DNA from: Candidatus Thorarchaeota archaeon | GTDB lineage: Archaea > Asgardarchaeota > Thorarchaeia > Thorarchaeales > Thorarchaeaceae | DNA length: 32,000 nt | Direction: 5' to 3' | NCBI GenBank assembly: GCA_008080745.1 | Contig: SHMX01000005.1 | Coordinates: forward strand, 150,001-182,000 | Part shown: positions 9,227 to 18,757 of the stretch, one piece after another | Layout: each line of letters starts with the position of its first letter | Position numbering within the stretch: position 1 is the stretch's first letter | Position numbers and translations under genes: made by a program | Notes under the pieces: model-generated | Database searches by the model: none | Seen by the model: the letters and a program-made list of their open reading frames with translations, nothing else | What the model was told of the DNA's origin: nothing

Positions 9227-9556
9227 ATGTTTGATATGCTTCATATCTATCTTATTGTAGGTCTAGCCCTCTATATGCTAGGGATATACGCTCTTGCTAG
9301 TGCCAGAAACATGATTAAACTCGTTTTAGGAATCGAGATTCTTGTGGCAGCGGCTAACTTGAACTTCCTAGCTCTGGCAGGTTTCACGACCAGTCCTAGT
9401 GTACTTGGTCCCATTGATCCCATGGCACAGACCTTTGTGATTCTCTCAATCTGTGTAGGCGGTGCCATTGCCGCTGTGGCAATGAGTCTGATTGTAAATG
9501 CCTACTATCATTATGGAACTCTTGATGTTCGAGAACTTAGGAGGCTAAGAGAATGA
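9227..9556 (+). CDS. nuoK: NuoK/MrpC-family subunit
   Basis: Three TM segments, RNMIKLVLGIEILVAAANL with the conserved TM2 Glu, DPMAQTFV, C-terminal GTLDVRELRRLR. Confidence 0.85.
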   Translation: MFDMLHIYLIVGLALYMLGIYALASARNMIKLVLGIEILVAAANLNFLALAGFTTSPSVLGPIDPMAQTFVILSICVGGAIAAVAMSLIVNAYYHYGTLDVRELRRLRE

Positions 9557-11568
9557 TATTTCCAATCGAATTAGCTGGATGGTTGGTATTTGTAATTCCC
9601 GTTATCGGTGCTCTCCTTACCCCTGTATTTGGTAAGATTCATGATACACTACGGGATGCAATGGCCGTTTTGGTGGGATTTGCGACTGCATTTGTTGCTG
9701 TTGATATGGGTCTTGATTTGTTATTCAACCCTCGAGTTCTAGACTTGAGCCTGCTTAAGTGGACTGTAGTAGGTAGTACAGCTATCGAGTTTGGAGTGCT
9801 TATTGATCCTCTTTCCGTCCTACTAGCATGTATAGCTGGAGGAATCGGCTCCCTGATTATCCTTTACAGTATTGGATATATGACTGGTCACGATGAAGAT
9901 GGACATGTAATAAAGGACCCCAGTCTCACACGATATTACTTCTTTATGCAGTTCTTCGTCGCTGGAATGATTCTTTTGGTCATGTCTAACAACCTTCTAA
10001 TGACCTTTATTGGCTGGGAAATTGTTGGAATGTGCAGCTATGCTCTCATCGGTTTCTGGCATCAAGTTGAAGCGCCCAGTCCTGTTCCTGAATATGCGAC
10101 TGAGGGTGAATATAATGCGGTCTGTGGAATGAAAGCCTTCATGGTCACCCGTGTAGGTGACATCGGTCTTCTTGCAGGCATTGTACTACTATTCTTTATG
10201 ACTGGTACTTTCAACTACACAGAGATTCTAGCAACTGCACCCACATGGATTGCAGGACTTACAGCTTTCACTACATGGCTATTACCAATTGTGGCAATCT
10301 TGATCTTTGCAGGTCCAATCGGCAAGAGTGCTCAATTTCCATTACATATTTGGTTACCAGAAGCGATGGCTGGACCTACAACTGTTAGTGCACTTATTCA
10401 TGCTGCAGCAATGGTAAAGGCTGGAGTGTATCTAGTTGCTCGCATTGTACCTCTCTTCATTGAGATAGCAATCGATGTTGCAGGACTGATTGTCTTTTTC
10501 CAAGTTGTAGCTTGGATCGGAGCAATCACGGCGTTTATGGCAGCAACCATGGCAATGGTACAAGATGAGATCAAGAAAGTTCTCGCTTATTCTACTATCT
10601 CACAACTTGGTTACATGTTCATGGCTCTTGGAGCTACAGGGTTAGTAGCTGAAAGTGTCGCAGCATATAGTGCCGGTGCTTTCCATTTACTAGCTCATGC
10701 TGTATTCAAAGCACTTCTATTCCTTGCCGCGGGTTCTGTGCTTCACGCAGTTCAGAGCAAGTCTATGAATGATATGGGAGGTCTCGGAAGAGACATGAAG
10801 ATAACCGCTGTGACCTTCACTTTTGGTGCTTTGGCACTATCCGGTGTCCCGCCCTTCATTGGTTTCTTCTCAAAGGAACTCATATTTGAGGCACTCTGGC
10901 ATGGACACCAATATATCCTGTTCATCATGGCTTTTGTGACAGCTATTCTAACAGCATTCTATACGTTCAGAATGCTTGGAATGACTTTCTTCGGTGAAAA
11001 ATCTGACCATGTAAAGGAGATGGAGTCTCACGGACATCCTATCCATGAGTCCCCGCTGGTAATGACCCTACCCCTAATGATACTTGCATTTGCAGCATTG
11101 GTTGGAGGATTCTTTGAAGGCTATTTCTTCAACTTCTTCACACCAATCGGTGAAGGTCTCACTCATGCATTTGATTGGTCTCATCTACCAGTATTCCCCA
11201 TTGGCATCACAACACTGTTCACTGCAGTAGTCCTCGTTGTTGGAATTGTCCCCTCTTACTTCATCTACTTCAAGGGTAAGGGTGACTTCTCAGGACTCAG
11301 AAATGGCCCATTGGGCAAATTCCTAGAGAACCGTTGGTATATCAACGCGATTTTCAACAGGATCTTCGTGGATGGATATCTATGGGTAAGTAATGGACTG
11401 AAGAACCGGTTAGAAGCAGGACTTCTCAAACTCAGTGGAAATGTTGCTGAGGGAATGGATGATGTTTCTAAAGGTTGGAGAAAAACCATGACTGGTGTGC
11501 TCAATACAAATGTCTTGGGCATGATGATGGGAATCATCGCGTTTCTCCTGATACTTATGTTCCTATAG
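9553..11568 (+). CDS. nuoL: NuoL-like antiporter subunit with lateral helix
   Basis: WEIVGMCSY, TRVGD, GKSAQFPLHIWLPEAMAGPTTVSALIHAA, IKKVLAYSTISQLGYM, HAVFKALLFL, FFSKELI; C-terminal RWYINAIF helix plus a final TM. ATGA overlap with nuoK. Confidence 0.92.
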   Translation: MIFPIELAGWLVFVIPVIGALLTPVFGKIHDTLRDAMAVLVGFATAFVAVDMGLDLLFNPRVLDLSLLKWTVVGSTAIEFGVLIDPLSVLLACIAGGIGSLIILYSIGYMTGHDEDGHVIKDPSLTRYYFFMQFFVAGMILLVMSNNLLMTFIGWEIVGMCSYALIGFWHQVEAPSPVPEYATEGEYNAVCGMKAFMVTRVGDIGLLAGIVLLFFMTGTFNYTEILATAPTWIAGLTAFTTWLLPIVAILIFAGPIGKSAQFPLHIWLPEAMAGPTTVSALIHAAAMVKAGVYLVARIVPLFIEIAIDVAGLIVFFQVVAWIGAITAFMAATMAMVQDEIKKVLAYSTISQLGYMFMALGATGLVAESVAAYSAGAFHLLAHAVFKALLFLAAGSVLHAVQSKSMNDMGGLGRDMKITAVTFTFGALALSGVPPFIGFFSKELIFEALWHGHQYILFIMAFVTAILTAFYTFRMLGMTFFGEKSDHVKEMESHGHPIHESPLVMTLPLMILAFAALVGGFFEGYFFNFFTPIGEGLTHAFDWSHLPVFPIGITTLFTAVVLVVGIVPSYFIYFKGKGDFSGLRNGPLGKFLENRWYINAIFNRIFVDGYLWVSNGLKNRLEAGLLKLSGNVAEGMDDVSKGWRKTMTGVLNTNVLGMMMGIIAFLLILMFL

Positions 11569-11581
11569 GAGGCTGAAAGAA

Positions 11582-13105
11582 ATGCAATTATTCACACTAC
11601 CAATACTCTCGGAATACCCAATGATTCTAACACTCCTCGGCCTCATTGCAGGTGGGTTATTGACCCTACTGGTAGGACAGAAGTCCGAAAAAGGTGGTCA
11701 GGCTATGGCAGCTCTATCTCTTTTGGGCGGGCTGTTTCTCAACATCCTATTGGTCCTTCAGATTTGGAATGGAGCAACTGTCTTTCATGACATTGTATGG
11801 CTTGGGAATCCATCTAATCCAATCATGACCCTAGGTTTCCTTGGTGATGGACTCAGTGCAGCTGTAGCTATCCTCATTCTTGGACTTGGATTGTTCTCTG
11901 TACTATTCTCCTTCGTATACATGAAAAAGGTGGAGAATCCTGGCTTATACTATTCTCTCATGGTCTGGTTTGTTGCAGCCATGGTTGGAGTGGTTTATGC
12001 AACCAACCTCATGCAGTTCTTCATATTCTATGAGCTCATGTTAATCCCTGCATTCATTCTGGTCTATCTCTATGGTGTGTCAGAAGATGCTCAGGAGAGA
12101 TCGAGGAATGCTTTACAGTTCTGGGTCTGGACTGCTCTTGGTGGACTCATCTCATTGCTGGCCACATTCATTCTATTCGGTGCAACCGGAACAATGGATA
12201 TCGCAGTTCTATACACCTCACCTTTAGCTGTCAGCACAGCTCAAACCATAGGTATAATCTTCTTGCTTGGATTTGGAATCAAGCTAGGTCTTGTACCACT
12301 ACATGTCTGGGCTCCTCCCGTTTACCGAGAGGCTCCTATGCCTGTATTGGTCCTCCTTAGTGGTGCCATGACCAAGACTGCTGCATATGGTGTGATCAGA
12401 ATCGTCATTCCAATTGTTTGGACTGCCATGGAGACCTTCACAACAGGTCTTATGACTATTGCAATCATCACCATGTTTTACGGTGCAATGCTTGCTATTG
12501 CTCAGAAAGACTTGAAGATGATGCTAGCATACTCAAGCATCAGTCAGCTTGGCTATCTGATGTTTGGGTATTCCACCATGACTCTGATGGGTCTAAGTGG
12601 GGCTGCTTTCCAATTGATTAACCACGGCATTCTAGCAAGTCTTACTTTCTTCTGCGCTGGTGCGCTAAAGATGAAGACAGGCACTCTGGAATTTGATAAA
12701 CTTGGTGGGTTGGCTCCTAAGATGCCTATATTGGCAAGCATCTACATTCTTGGTGCCCTTGCTCTGGCAGGTACACCACCTCTATCAGCATTTGCTGGTG
12801 AATGGATGATATTTGCTGGTGCCGCACAGTTGGCAACTTCAGCAAATGCCTCGGTTATATTGGTCATCTTGACAGTCCTCGGTGTTGTCGCAACAGGCCT
12901 GACTGCAGGGTATTACCTCTGGTCAATCAGACGTATATTCTTAGGACCTATTCGTGATGGGTTCGAACAAGTTACTGACCCGCCCAAGATCATTCTTGGT
13001 ATCATTGCCATTCTTGCGATAATAGTCGTTGTTCTTGGTGTGTGGCCCTGGTTACTCTGGAGGTTCATGAATCCTGTTTTGTCAGGACTACTTGGAGGAG
13101 GCTGA
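11582..13105 (+). CDS. nuoM: NuoM-like antiporter subunit
   Basis: FFIFYELML, IKLGLVPLHVWAP, LSGAMTK, DLKMMLAYSSISQLG, NHG, FAGEW (terminal Glu typical of NuoM). GGAGG SD. Confidence 0.9.
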   Translation: MQLFTLPILSEYPMILTLLGLIAGGLLTLLVGQKSEKGGQAMAALSLLGGLFLNILLVLQIWNGATVFHDIVWLGNPSNPIMTLGFLGDGLSAAVAILILGLGLFSVLFSFVYMKKVENPGLYYSLMVWFVAAMVGVVYATNLMQFFIFYELMLIPAFILVYLYGVSEDAQERSRNALQFWVWTALGGLISLLATFILFGATGTMDIAVLYTSPLAVSTAQTIGIIFLLGFGIKLGLVPLHVWAPPVYREAPMPVLVLLSGAMTKTAAYGVIRIVIPIVWTAMETFTTGLMTIAIITMFYGAMLAIAQKDLKMMLAYSSISQLGYLMFGYSTMTLMGLSGAAFQLINHGILASLTFFCAGALKMKTGTLEFDKLGGLAPKMPILASIYILGALALAGTPPLSAFAGEWMIFAGAAQLATSANASVILVILTVLGVVATGLTAGYYLWSIRRIFLGPIRDGFEQVTDPPKIILGIIAILAIIVVVLGVWPWLLWRFMNPVLSGLLGGG

Positions 13106-13109
13106 TATC

Positions 13110-14684
13110 ATGCAATTAGATCTATTCATCATACCCGAACTAAGCACAGTGATGCCAGTATTATTACCTGTACTCTTCGCACTGCTCGTAGCAGTCTTAT
13201 CAGAAATAGTGCTGTTCACTAAGAATCGTGTGCCCAGAGGACTTCCTGATTTCATAGCAGTTATCGGGTTTGGATTCACCTTTCTCTATTCCTACTTATT
13301 AGGTCTTGAAGTCTGGAACAATGGCATTCAGACCTTTGTTTGGAGCTGGGCTGGTGAATCTTTCGGTGGACCTCTTGGAGTAGTATTAGCAGCTGATATG
13401 TTCTCTGTGATGTTGATGGGACTATTCAGTTTCATGGGCCTTGTTGTGTCCATCTATTCCTTTGGATATATGAAGGGCGAGAGCAGACTTCCTCAGTACT
13501 ATGTACTCCTACTCCTTATGGTTGCGGGTATGAATGGTGTAGTCATTTCTGGTGACCTTTTCACCCTTTTCCTCTTCTATGAGACCATGGGACTCTCCAG
13601 CTTCATTCTCGTTGCTTTCAGAAGAAACTGGGAGGGTATAGAGGCCGCAATAAAATATCTGATGATGTCAGCTATCGGATCAACTCTGATTCTATACTCG
13701 TCAAGCTTCCTATATGGCCTAACTGGGACCCTGAATCTCGGTGCTATGTCTGTAGCAATACAGTCCAGTCCTAGTAATCCTATGATACCAATATTAATCG
13801 CCTTACTTATTGCTGGATTTGGAGTCAAGGGTGCGATTGTCCCATTCGCAGCTTGGTTGGCCGATGCCCATCCTGCTGCCCCCTCTGGTATCAGCGCTAT
13901 GCTTTCAGGAGTGGTTATCAAAGTTGGTATCTATGGTATCATTCGAGTGAATACTCTATTATTCCCGATGACGACCCAGTACTTCAATTGGCCACTGCTC
14001 ATTGGAATCTTTGCATTGGTGACTATGACTGCAGGTAATCTCTGGGCATTGACCCAAAAAGACCTGAAGAGAATGCTTGCTTACAGCTCCATTGCTCAAA
14101 TTGGATTCATCCTCTTTGCCTTTGGAACTGCAACTGAATTTGGTTATCAGACTGGAGCGTTTTACATAGTGAGTCATGCACTCACAAAGGGACTTCTGTT
14201 CCTCTGTGCAGGAGCATTCCTGCATTCTATTGGCTCAAGAAACTTGGATGATCTACAAGGTATCGGCAAGAAGATGCCCATTGCTGGTGCATTCTTTGCA
14301 ATAGGTATTCTTTCCCTTATGGGCATGCCACCTATGGCTGGATTCTATGCAAAATTCTTGATACTTGCAGCAGGTGCTGAGGTTGGACTTACAAATGGAC
14401 TCTACATGGCTTTCACTCTGATTGCAATCATCAATGCAATCATTGGTCTAGGATACTATCTTAGAATGTTGACTACTGTGTGGTTCAAGCCAGTTTCTGC
14501 AGTATCTGAGAAAGCTCATCGTTCACATCCTGCTATCATTTTCGGCATGTTTGTGCTTGGTGTCGCTCTCTTAGTTATTGGTGTGTATCCAGCACCAATA
14601 TACAGTATCACAGAAGCCGCAGGGAGTGCTCTCTATAACTTCGGTGATTTAGTTCTCCAGATATTGAGTGCTGGAGCCCCCTAG
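13110..14684 (+). CDS. NuoN/MrpD (MbhH)-like antiporter subunit
   Basis: FYETMG, EAAIKYL, GVKGAIVPFAAWLADAHPAAPSGISAMLSGVVIK, DLKRMLAYSS, SHALTKGLLF, FYAKF. Start reassigned from TTG 13092 to ATG 13110, which follows a GGAGGAGG SD. Confidence 0.88.
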   Translation: MQLDLFIIPELSTVMPVLLPVLFALLVAVLSEIVLFTKNRVPRGLPDFIAVIGFGFTFLYSYLLGLEVWNNGIQTFVWSWAGESFGGPLGVVLAADMFSVMLMGLFSFMGLVVSIYSFGYMKGESRLPQYYVLLLLMVAGMNGVVISGDLFTLFLFYETMGLSSFILVAFRRNWEGIEAAIKYLMMSAIGSTLILYSSSFLYGLTGTLNLGAMSVAIQSSPSNPMIPILIALLIAGFGVKGAIVPFAAWLADAHPAAPSGISAMLSGVVIKVGIYGIIRVNTLLFPMTTQYFNWPLLIGIFALVTMTAGNLWALTQKDLKRMLAYSSIAQIGFILFAFGTATEFGYQTGAFYIVSHALTKGLLFLCAGAFLHSIGSRNLDDLQGIGKKMPIAGAFFAIGILSLMGMPPMAGFYAKFLILAAGAEVGLTNGLYMAFTLIAIINAIIGLGYYLRMLTTVWFKPVSAVSEKAHRSHPAIIFGMFVLGVALLVIGVYPAPIYSITEAAGSALYNFGDLVLQILSAGAP

Positions 14685-14712
14685 GGGGCTCTTGCCTCTC
14701 CCTTTCTTTTTT
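14674..14712 (+). terminator. Perfect 18-bp palindrome over the stop codon, followed by a pyrimidine/T tract
   Basis: GAGCCCCCTAGGGGGCTC (14674-14691, self-complementary, stop TAG at 14682-14684), then TTGCCTCTCCCTTTCTTTTTT. Confidence 0.7.
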
Positions 14713-14777
14713 CGACATATTTATAGATGAATCTCTATTCGCACACTGAAAATCTGCTAAATGAAAATGTACCTGTC

Positions 14778-14801
14778 CAAAACTTTAATTATATCTAATT
14801 A
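14778..14801 (+). promoter_or_regulatory. Candidate BRE/TATA promoter of the sulfur cluster with an overlapping near-palindrome
   Basis: CAAAACTTTAATTA about 65-75 nt upstream of the tauE ATG; TAATTA-tatc-TAATTA at 14786-14801. Confidence 0.3.
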
Positions 14802-14853
14802 CGGGCGTTAGTATGGTTCGTTCAGATACCAGAGTAATGGGAGGCGATATATC

Positions 14854-15618
14854 ATGCTTGTAGTCTTTCTAGTGTTGTTCATACTGTCTTTCATATGTGA
14901 ATATGCGGCAGCCACATTAGGAATGGGTTATGGTACGACTCTCGCTCCCCTTCTCCTCATTGCAGGATATGCTCCTTTGGTATTGGTGCCTGTCATTCTC
15001 TTTAGTCAATTCTTTGCAGGGTTTATAGCTGCAGGATTTCATCACAAGTTCGAAAATATGGATTTGAAAGATAATCATCAACGATCTGCTATAACGATTT
15101 TTACAATAACAGGAATAATCGGTGTTGTTGTATCTATATTGGCAAGTATTTCTCTTCCCTCAATTATCGTGAAGACATACATTGCAATCACTGTCATTCT
15201 GGTCGGCATTCTCACCTTTGTGGATGGTGGTCATCATACTCCCTATTCACAGAGAAAATTAGCTGGATTGGGGATATTAGCAGCCTTCAACAAGGGTATG
15301 TCTGGGGGAGGTTACGGCCCAATCACTACGGCTGGCCAAATGATAAGCGGAATTCCTCCAAGAGCGGCCATTGCCATCACGGCCTTAGTTGAAGGTATTA
15401 TTTGCATAATTGGTGTTATACTCTACTATCTATTAGCAGCTCCAGTAGACCTATTATTACTTGCCAGTGTAACGGCTGGTGGGATTGTAGCCGCACCTCT
15501 TTCTGCATTCACAACAAAGACTCTCAAGCAAGAGTCTGTTAAGAAGGCTGTAGCCATTGCCATTATTCTGATAGGTATTGTTAGCCTCTTCCTTGTGATA
15601 ATATATCCAGTGTCCTAA
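14854..15618 (+). CDS. TauE/SafE-family sulfite/organosulfur exporter-like membrane protein
   Basis: Twofold repeated Gly-rich motifs (AATLGMGYG and GMSGGGYG), about 8 TM segments, GGGAGG SD, next to sat. Confidence 0.85.
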   Translation: MLVVFLVLFILSFICEYAAATLGMGYGTTLAPLLLIAGYAPLVLVPVILFSQFFAGFIAAGFHHKFENMDLKDNHQRSAITIFTITGIIGVVVSILASISLPSIIVKTYIAITVILVGILTFVDGGHHTPYSQRKLAGLGILAAFNKGMSGGGYGPITTAGQMISGIPPRAAIAITALVEGIICIIGVILYYLLAAPVDLLLLASVTAGGIVAAPLSAFTTKTLKQESVKKAVAIAIILIGIVSLFLVIIYPVS

Positions 15619-15666
15619 GAGATGATAGTATGAACCTTACTAACGATTGAATTAGATAGGTGACAA

Positions 15667-16818
15667 ATGACAATGATTACCCCACATGGTGGAAAACTGG
15701 TAGATAGAAAAGCTACCAAAGAAGACAGAGAGAAGATTCTGAAAGAGTTCGACTCGTATCATAGTCTTTCATTAGACAAGGAAGATGCCCAAGAATTAGA
15801 CAATATAGCTTATGGTGTATTTAGCCCTCTAGAGGGCTTTCTAACCCAGAAAGATTTCAAATCAGTATTAGAAAAAGGCAGATTGCTGGATGGTACCCCT
15901 TGGACAATTCCAATTGTTCTTGACGTTGAAGAGAGTGAGATTGGCGAAACAAAACCTGGGGATATTGTTGGATTGACGTATAATGGTCAAGCAACGGCAA
16001 TCATTGAAGTAGAAGATATTTATGAATATGATAAGATGCACTTCAAAACTGCGGTTTTTGCCACAACGGACGATGCACATCCTGGTGTGGAAAAAGTAAA
16101 TGATATGAAACCTCTATTGATTGGTGGTAAAATAACTCTTCTTAACGACATTGGTAATCCTTATCCTAGTTATACCTTGTCACCTAAACAAACCCGTGAC
16201 TTGTTTGAGCAGAAAGGTTGGAAAACTGTTGTAGCATTTCAGACCCGTAATACTCCTCATTTAGGACATGAATATGTGCAGAAAACTGCATTATCTATCA
16301 CCGATGGACTGTTCATTAATCCACTAATCGGAAAGAAAAAGTCGGGTGATTTTAAAGATGAGGTGATATTAGAGTCTTACAAGGCACTAATGCATCATTA
16401 CTATCCTAAGAAGCATGCTTCGATGGCAGTACTTCATACTGAAATGAGATATGGTGGTCCCAAAGAAGCTGTACATCATGCTATTATGAGACAGAATTTC
16501 GGTTGTACCCACTTTATTGTGGGTCGAGATCATGCAGGTGTCGGAGACTATTACGGTCCATTCGACGCTCACAAAATTTTTGATGAGTATCCCGATCTCG
16601 AAATCAAACCAATTTTCTTCCGCTCTTTCTTCTTCTGCAGAAAATGCAATAGTATTGCTAATGACAAAGTCTGTCCGCATTCTGGAGAGGATATAATCAT
16701 TTTTGCAGGGCGAAGAATTCGAGCAATGTTGAACGATGGTGAGGTTCCCCCTTCTGATATGATGAGACCTGAAGTGGCAGAAACTATTCTGAGTTATGAC
16801 CATCCCTTTGTAGAATAG
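15667..16818 (+). CDS. sat: Sulfate adenylyltransferase (ATP sulfurylase)
   Basis: PHGGKLV, FSPLEGF, AFQTRNTPHLGHEY, MRYGGPKEA..HA..RQNFGCTHFIVGRDHAG, Zn site CRKC...CPH; AGGTGA SD. Confidence 0.97.
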   Translation: MTMITPHGGKLVDRKATKEDREKILKEFDSYHSLSLDKEDAQELDNIAYGVFSPLEGFLTQKDFKSVLEKGRLLDGTPWTIPIVLDVEESEIGETKPGDIVGLTYNGQATAIIEVEDIYEYDKMHFKTAVFATTDDAHPGVEKVNDMKPLLIGGKITLLNDIGNPYPSYTLSPKQTRDLFEQKGWKTVVAFQTRNTPHLGHEYVQKTALSITDGLFINPLIGKKKSGDFKDEVILESYKALMHHYYPKKHASMAVLHTEMRYGGPKEAVHHAIMRQNFGCTHFIVGRDHAGVGDYYGPFDAHKIFDEYPDLEIKPIFFRSFFFCRKCNSIANDKVCPHSGEDIIIFAGRRIRAMLNDGEVPPSDMMRPEVAETILSYDHPFVE

Positions 16819-16829
16819 GGGTGTATAAA

Positions 16830-18203
16830 ATGAAGAAAGCTGTACTGCTTGGTTGGGATGGAGTTCCTCCGACATTAGTGTTTGAGGAACTAATCGACCG
16901 AATGCCTAATCTTCGTAAACTATTGCAATCAAGCACGTATGGCCCACTTAGAAGTACTAATCCACCAATTACTGTTCCCGCTTGGATGAGTATGATGACC
17001 GGATGCGATCCGGGCCAACTTGGTATCTATGGATTTCGACACAGAACTCCTGGAGATTACAAGGAGATCTGGATACCTGATTCTACTCAGATTCTCGCTC
17101 CAAAAATTTGGGATATGACTGGTGAAGCAGGGGGTAAGGTTATTGTGATAGGTGTCCCCCCAACATATCCTCCTTCCGAGGTGAATGGATTGCTTGTTTC
17201 CGGGTTTCTAACCCCTGATATTGATAGTCCATATACTTACCCAGAAAGATTGGCTAAAACTATCAAGCAGCTGGTAGGTGAATACAAGCTAGATGTGTTC
17301 TATAGGACGGAGGATAAGGACACATTAGGTGCTGAACTCCTTGAAATGACTGAGAAACGGCATGAGATAGCAAAACACTTCATGCAGAATGAAGAATGGA
17401 ATCTCTTTGTCATGATGGAAGTTGGTCCAGATCGGTTGCATCACGGATTCTGGAGATATTATGACACCACTCACTCTAGATATATTGTTTCTGAGAAATA
17501 CCGATCCCTCTTTATTCAATATTATGAGATGTTAGATCGGCATCTTGGTGAGCTAATGGAGATTCTTCCCGATGAATGCCTTTTCATTTTAGCTTCGGAC
17601 CACGGGGCAAAAGAACGTGAAGGTGCATTTTGTATAAATCAATGGCTTAGAGAGCATGGATTGCTTACTCTAAGAACAGAACCAACTTCTCCCACCTCTT
17701 TTGAGGACTTGGATGTCGATTGGAAACATACCAAAGCATGGGCCTGGGGGGGTTATTACGCTCGTATTTTCATTAATCTTGAGGGATATGAGCGTGAAGG
17801 ATGTATATCTCCTGATGAGTATGAATCATTTCGTGATATGCTGGCAGAAATGTTGAGAGAAATCACTGGTCCCAATGGAGAAAAATGGGCGAATATTGTA
17901 CACAAACCTGAAGACATCTATCAAGAATGTAATGGTGAGTATCCAGACCTCATGCTATATCTTGATGACTTACATTGGCGTGCATCTGGTGGCATGGGGT
18001 ATGATTCTCTCTATTTTTATGAGAGCGATAACGGACCTGATGATGCGATACATGACTGGAATGGTATCTATGTCATCCACGGCCCCAATCATACGCACAG
18101 TAGGCGTGATAATCAGAATATACTGGATATTGCTCCTACTATTTTGAAACATTTGGGATTGAAAGTCCCATCCTATATGAAAGGAAAAACAATACGGAGT
18201 TAA
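16830..18203 (+). CDS. Alkaline phosphatase superfamily, nucleotide pyrophosphatase/phosphodiesterase-type (COG3379-like) protein
   Basis: GWDG, STNPPITVPAWMSMMTG (Thr nucleophile), PDRLHH, SDHG and HDWNG metal ligands. Start moved from GTG 16821 to ATG 16830, after a GGGGTG SD. Confidence 0.88.
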   Translation: MKKAVLLGWDGVPPTLVFEELIDRMPNLRKLLQSSTYGPLRSTNPPITVPAWMSMMTGCDPGQLGIYGFRHRTPGDYKEIWIPDSTQILAPKIWDMTGEAGGKVIVIGVPPTYPPSEVNGLLVSGFLTPDIDSPYTYPERLAKTIKQLVGEYKLDVFYRTEDKDTLGAELLEMTEKRHEIAKHFMQNEEWNLFVMMEVGPDRLHHGFWRYYDTTHSRYIVSEKYRSLFIQYYEMLDRHLGELMEILPDECLFILASDHGAKEREGAFCINQWLREHGLLTLRTEPTSPTSFEDLDVDWKHTKAWAWGGYYARIFINLEGYEREGCISPDEYESFRDMLAEMLREITGPNGEKWANIVHKPEDIYQECNGEYPDLMLYLDDLHWRASGGMGYDSLYFYESDNGPDDAIHDWNGIYVIHGPNHTHSRRDNQNILDIAPTILKHLGLKVPSYMKGKTIRS

Positions 18204-18208
18204 TAGAA

Positions 18209-18733
18209 ATGAAACGAAATGGATTTTGCATCTGGCTCACAGGACTTTCAGGAGCTGGAAAGACAACAATATCGAAGAAACTAATAGAACGCTTCAAGGA
18301 GGAGAGATTTATTGAGGCTATGGATGGAGACGAGATTCGTAAAGGATTGAGTCGCGACCTCGGCTTCTCAAAAAAAGACCGCAACGAACACAATAGACGA
18401 GTGATATTCTGCACCAAACTCTTGGTGAGAAATGGTGTTATTGTCAACGTTGCATTGATTTCTCCTTATAGGGAAACCCGTGCTTTCGCTAAAACGGAGA
18501 TTCCAAACATGATGGAGGTCTTTGTGAAGGCACCACTTGATGTCTGCATAGAACGAGATCCCAAAGGGCTTTATGAAAAAGCATTAGCTGGTGAAATCAA
18601 ACAGTTTACTGGTATTGATGACCCCTATGAGGAACCGCTTGAGCCAGATCTCATCGTTGAAACCCACAAGGAAACAGTCGATGAATCGGTTGATAAAATA
18701 ATTGCAAAAGCTAAAGAGCTAGGATACCTATAG
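18209..18733 (+). CDS. cysC: Adenylyl-sulfate (APS) kinase
   Basis: IWLTGLSGAGKTT P-loop, DGDEIR, LGFSKKDR, ISPY, RDPKGLY, FTGIDDPYEEP. Confidence 0.96.
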   Translation: MKRNGFCIWLTGLSGAGKTTISKKLIERFKEERFIEAMDGDEIRKGLSRDLGFSKKDRNEHNRRVIFCTKLLVRNGVIVNVALISPYRETRAFAKTEIPNMMEVFVKAPLDVCIERDPKGLYEKALAGEIKQFTGIDDPYEEPLEPDLIVETHKETVDESVDKIIAKAKELGYL

Positions 18734-18757
18734 ATTAAGTTATGGACTGATGAGAAT

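Noticed and set aside
16387-16875. 162-aa - strand ORF, and the other short ORFs nested in long genes (e.g. 3575-3883, 7154-7546, 13577-13921, 22905-23529, 28947-29273)
   Set aside because: They lie wholly over well-supported genes in other frames or strands, with no motifs or convincing SD.
15667-18733. Dissimilatory sulfate reduction
   Set aside because: No aprAB, qmo or dsr genes are in the window, and the adjacent APS kinase routes APS to PAPS.
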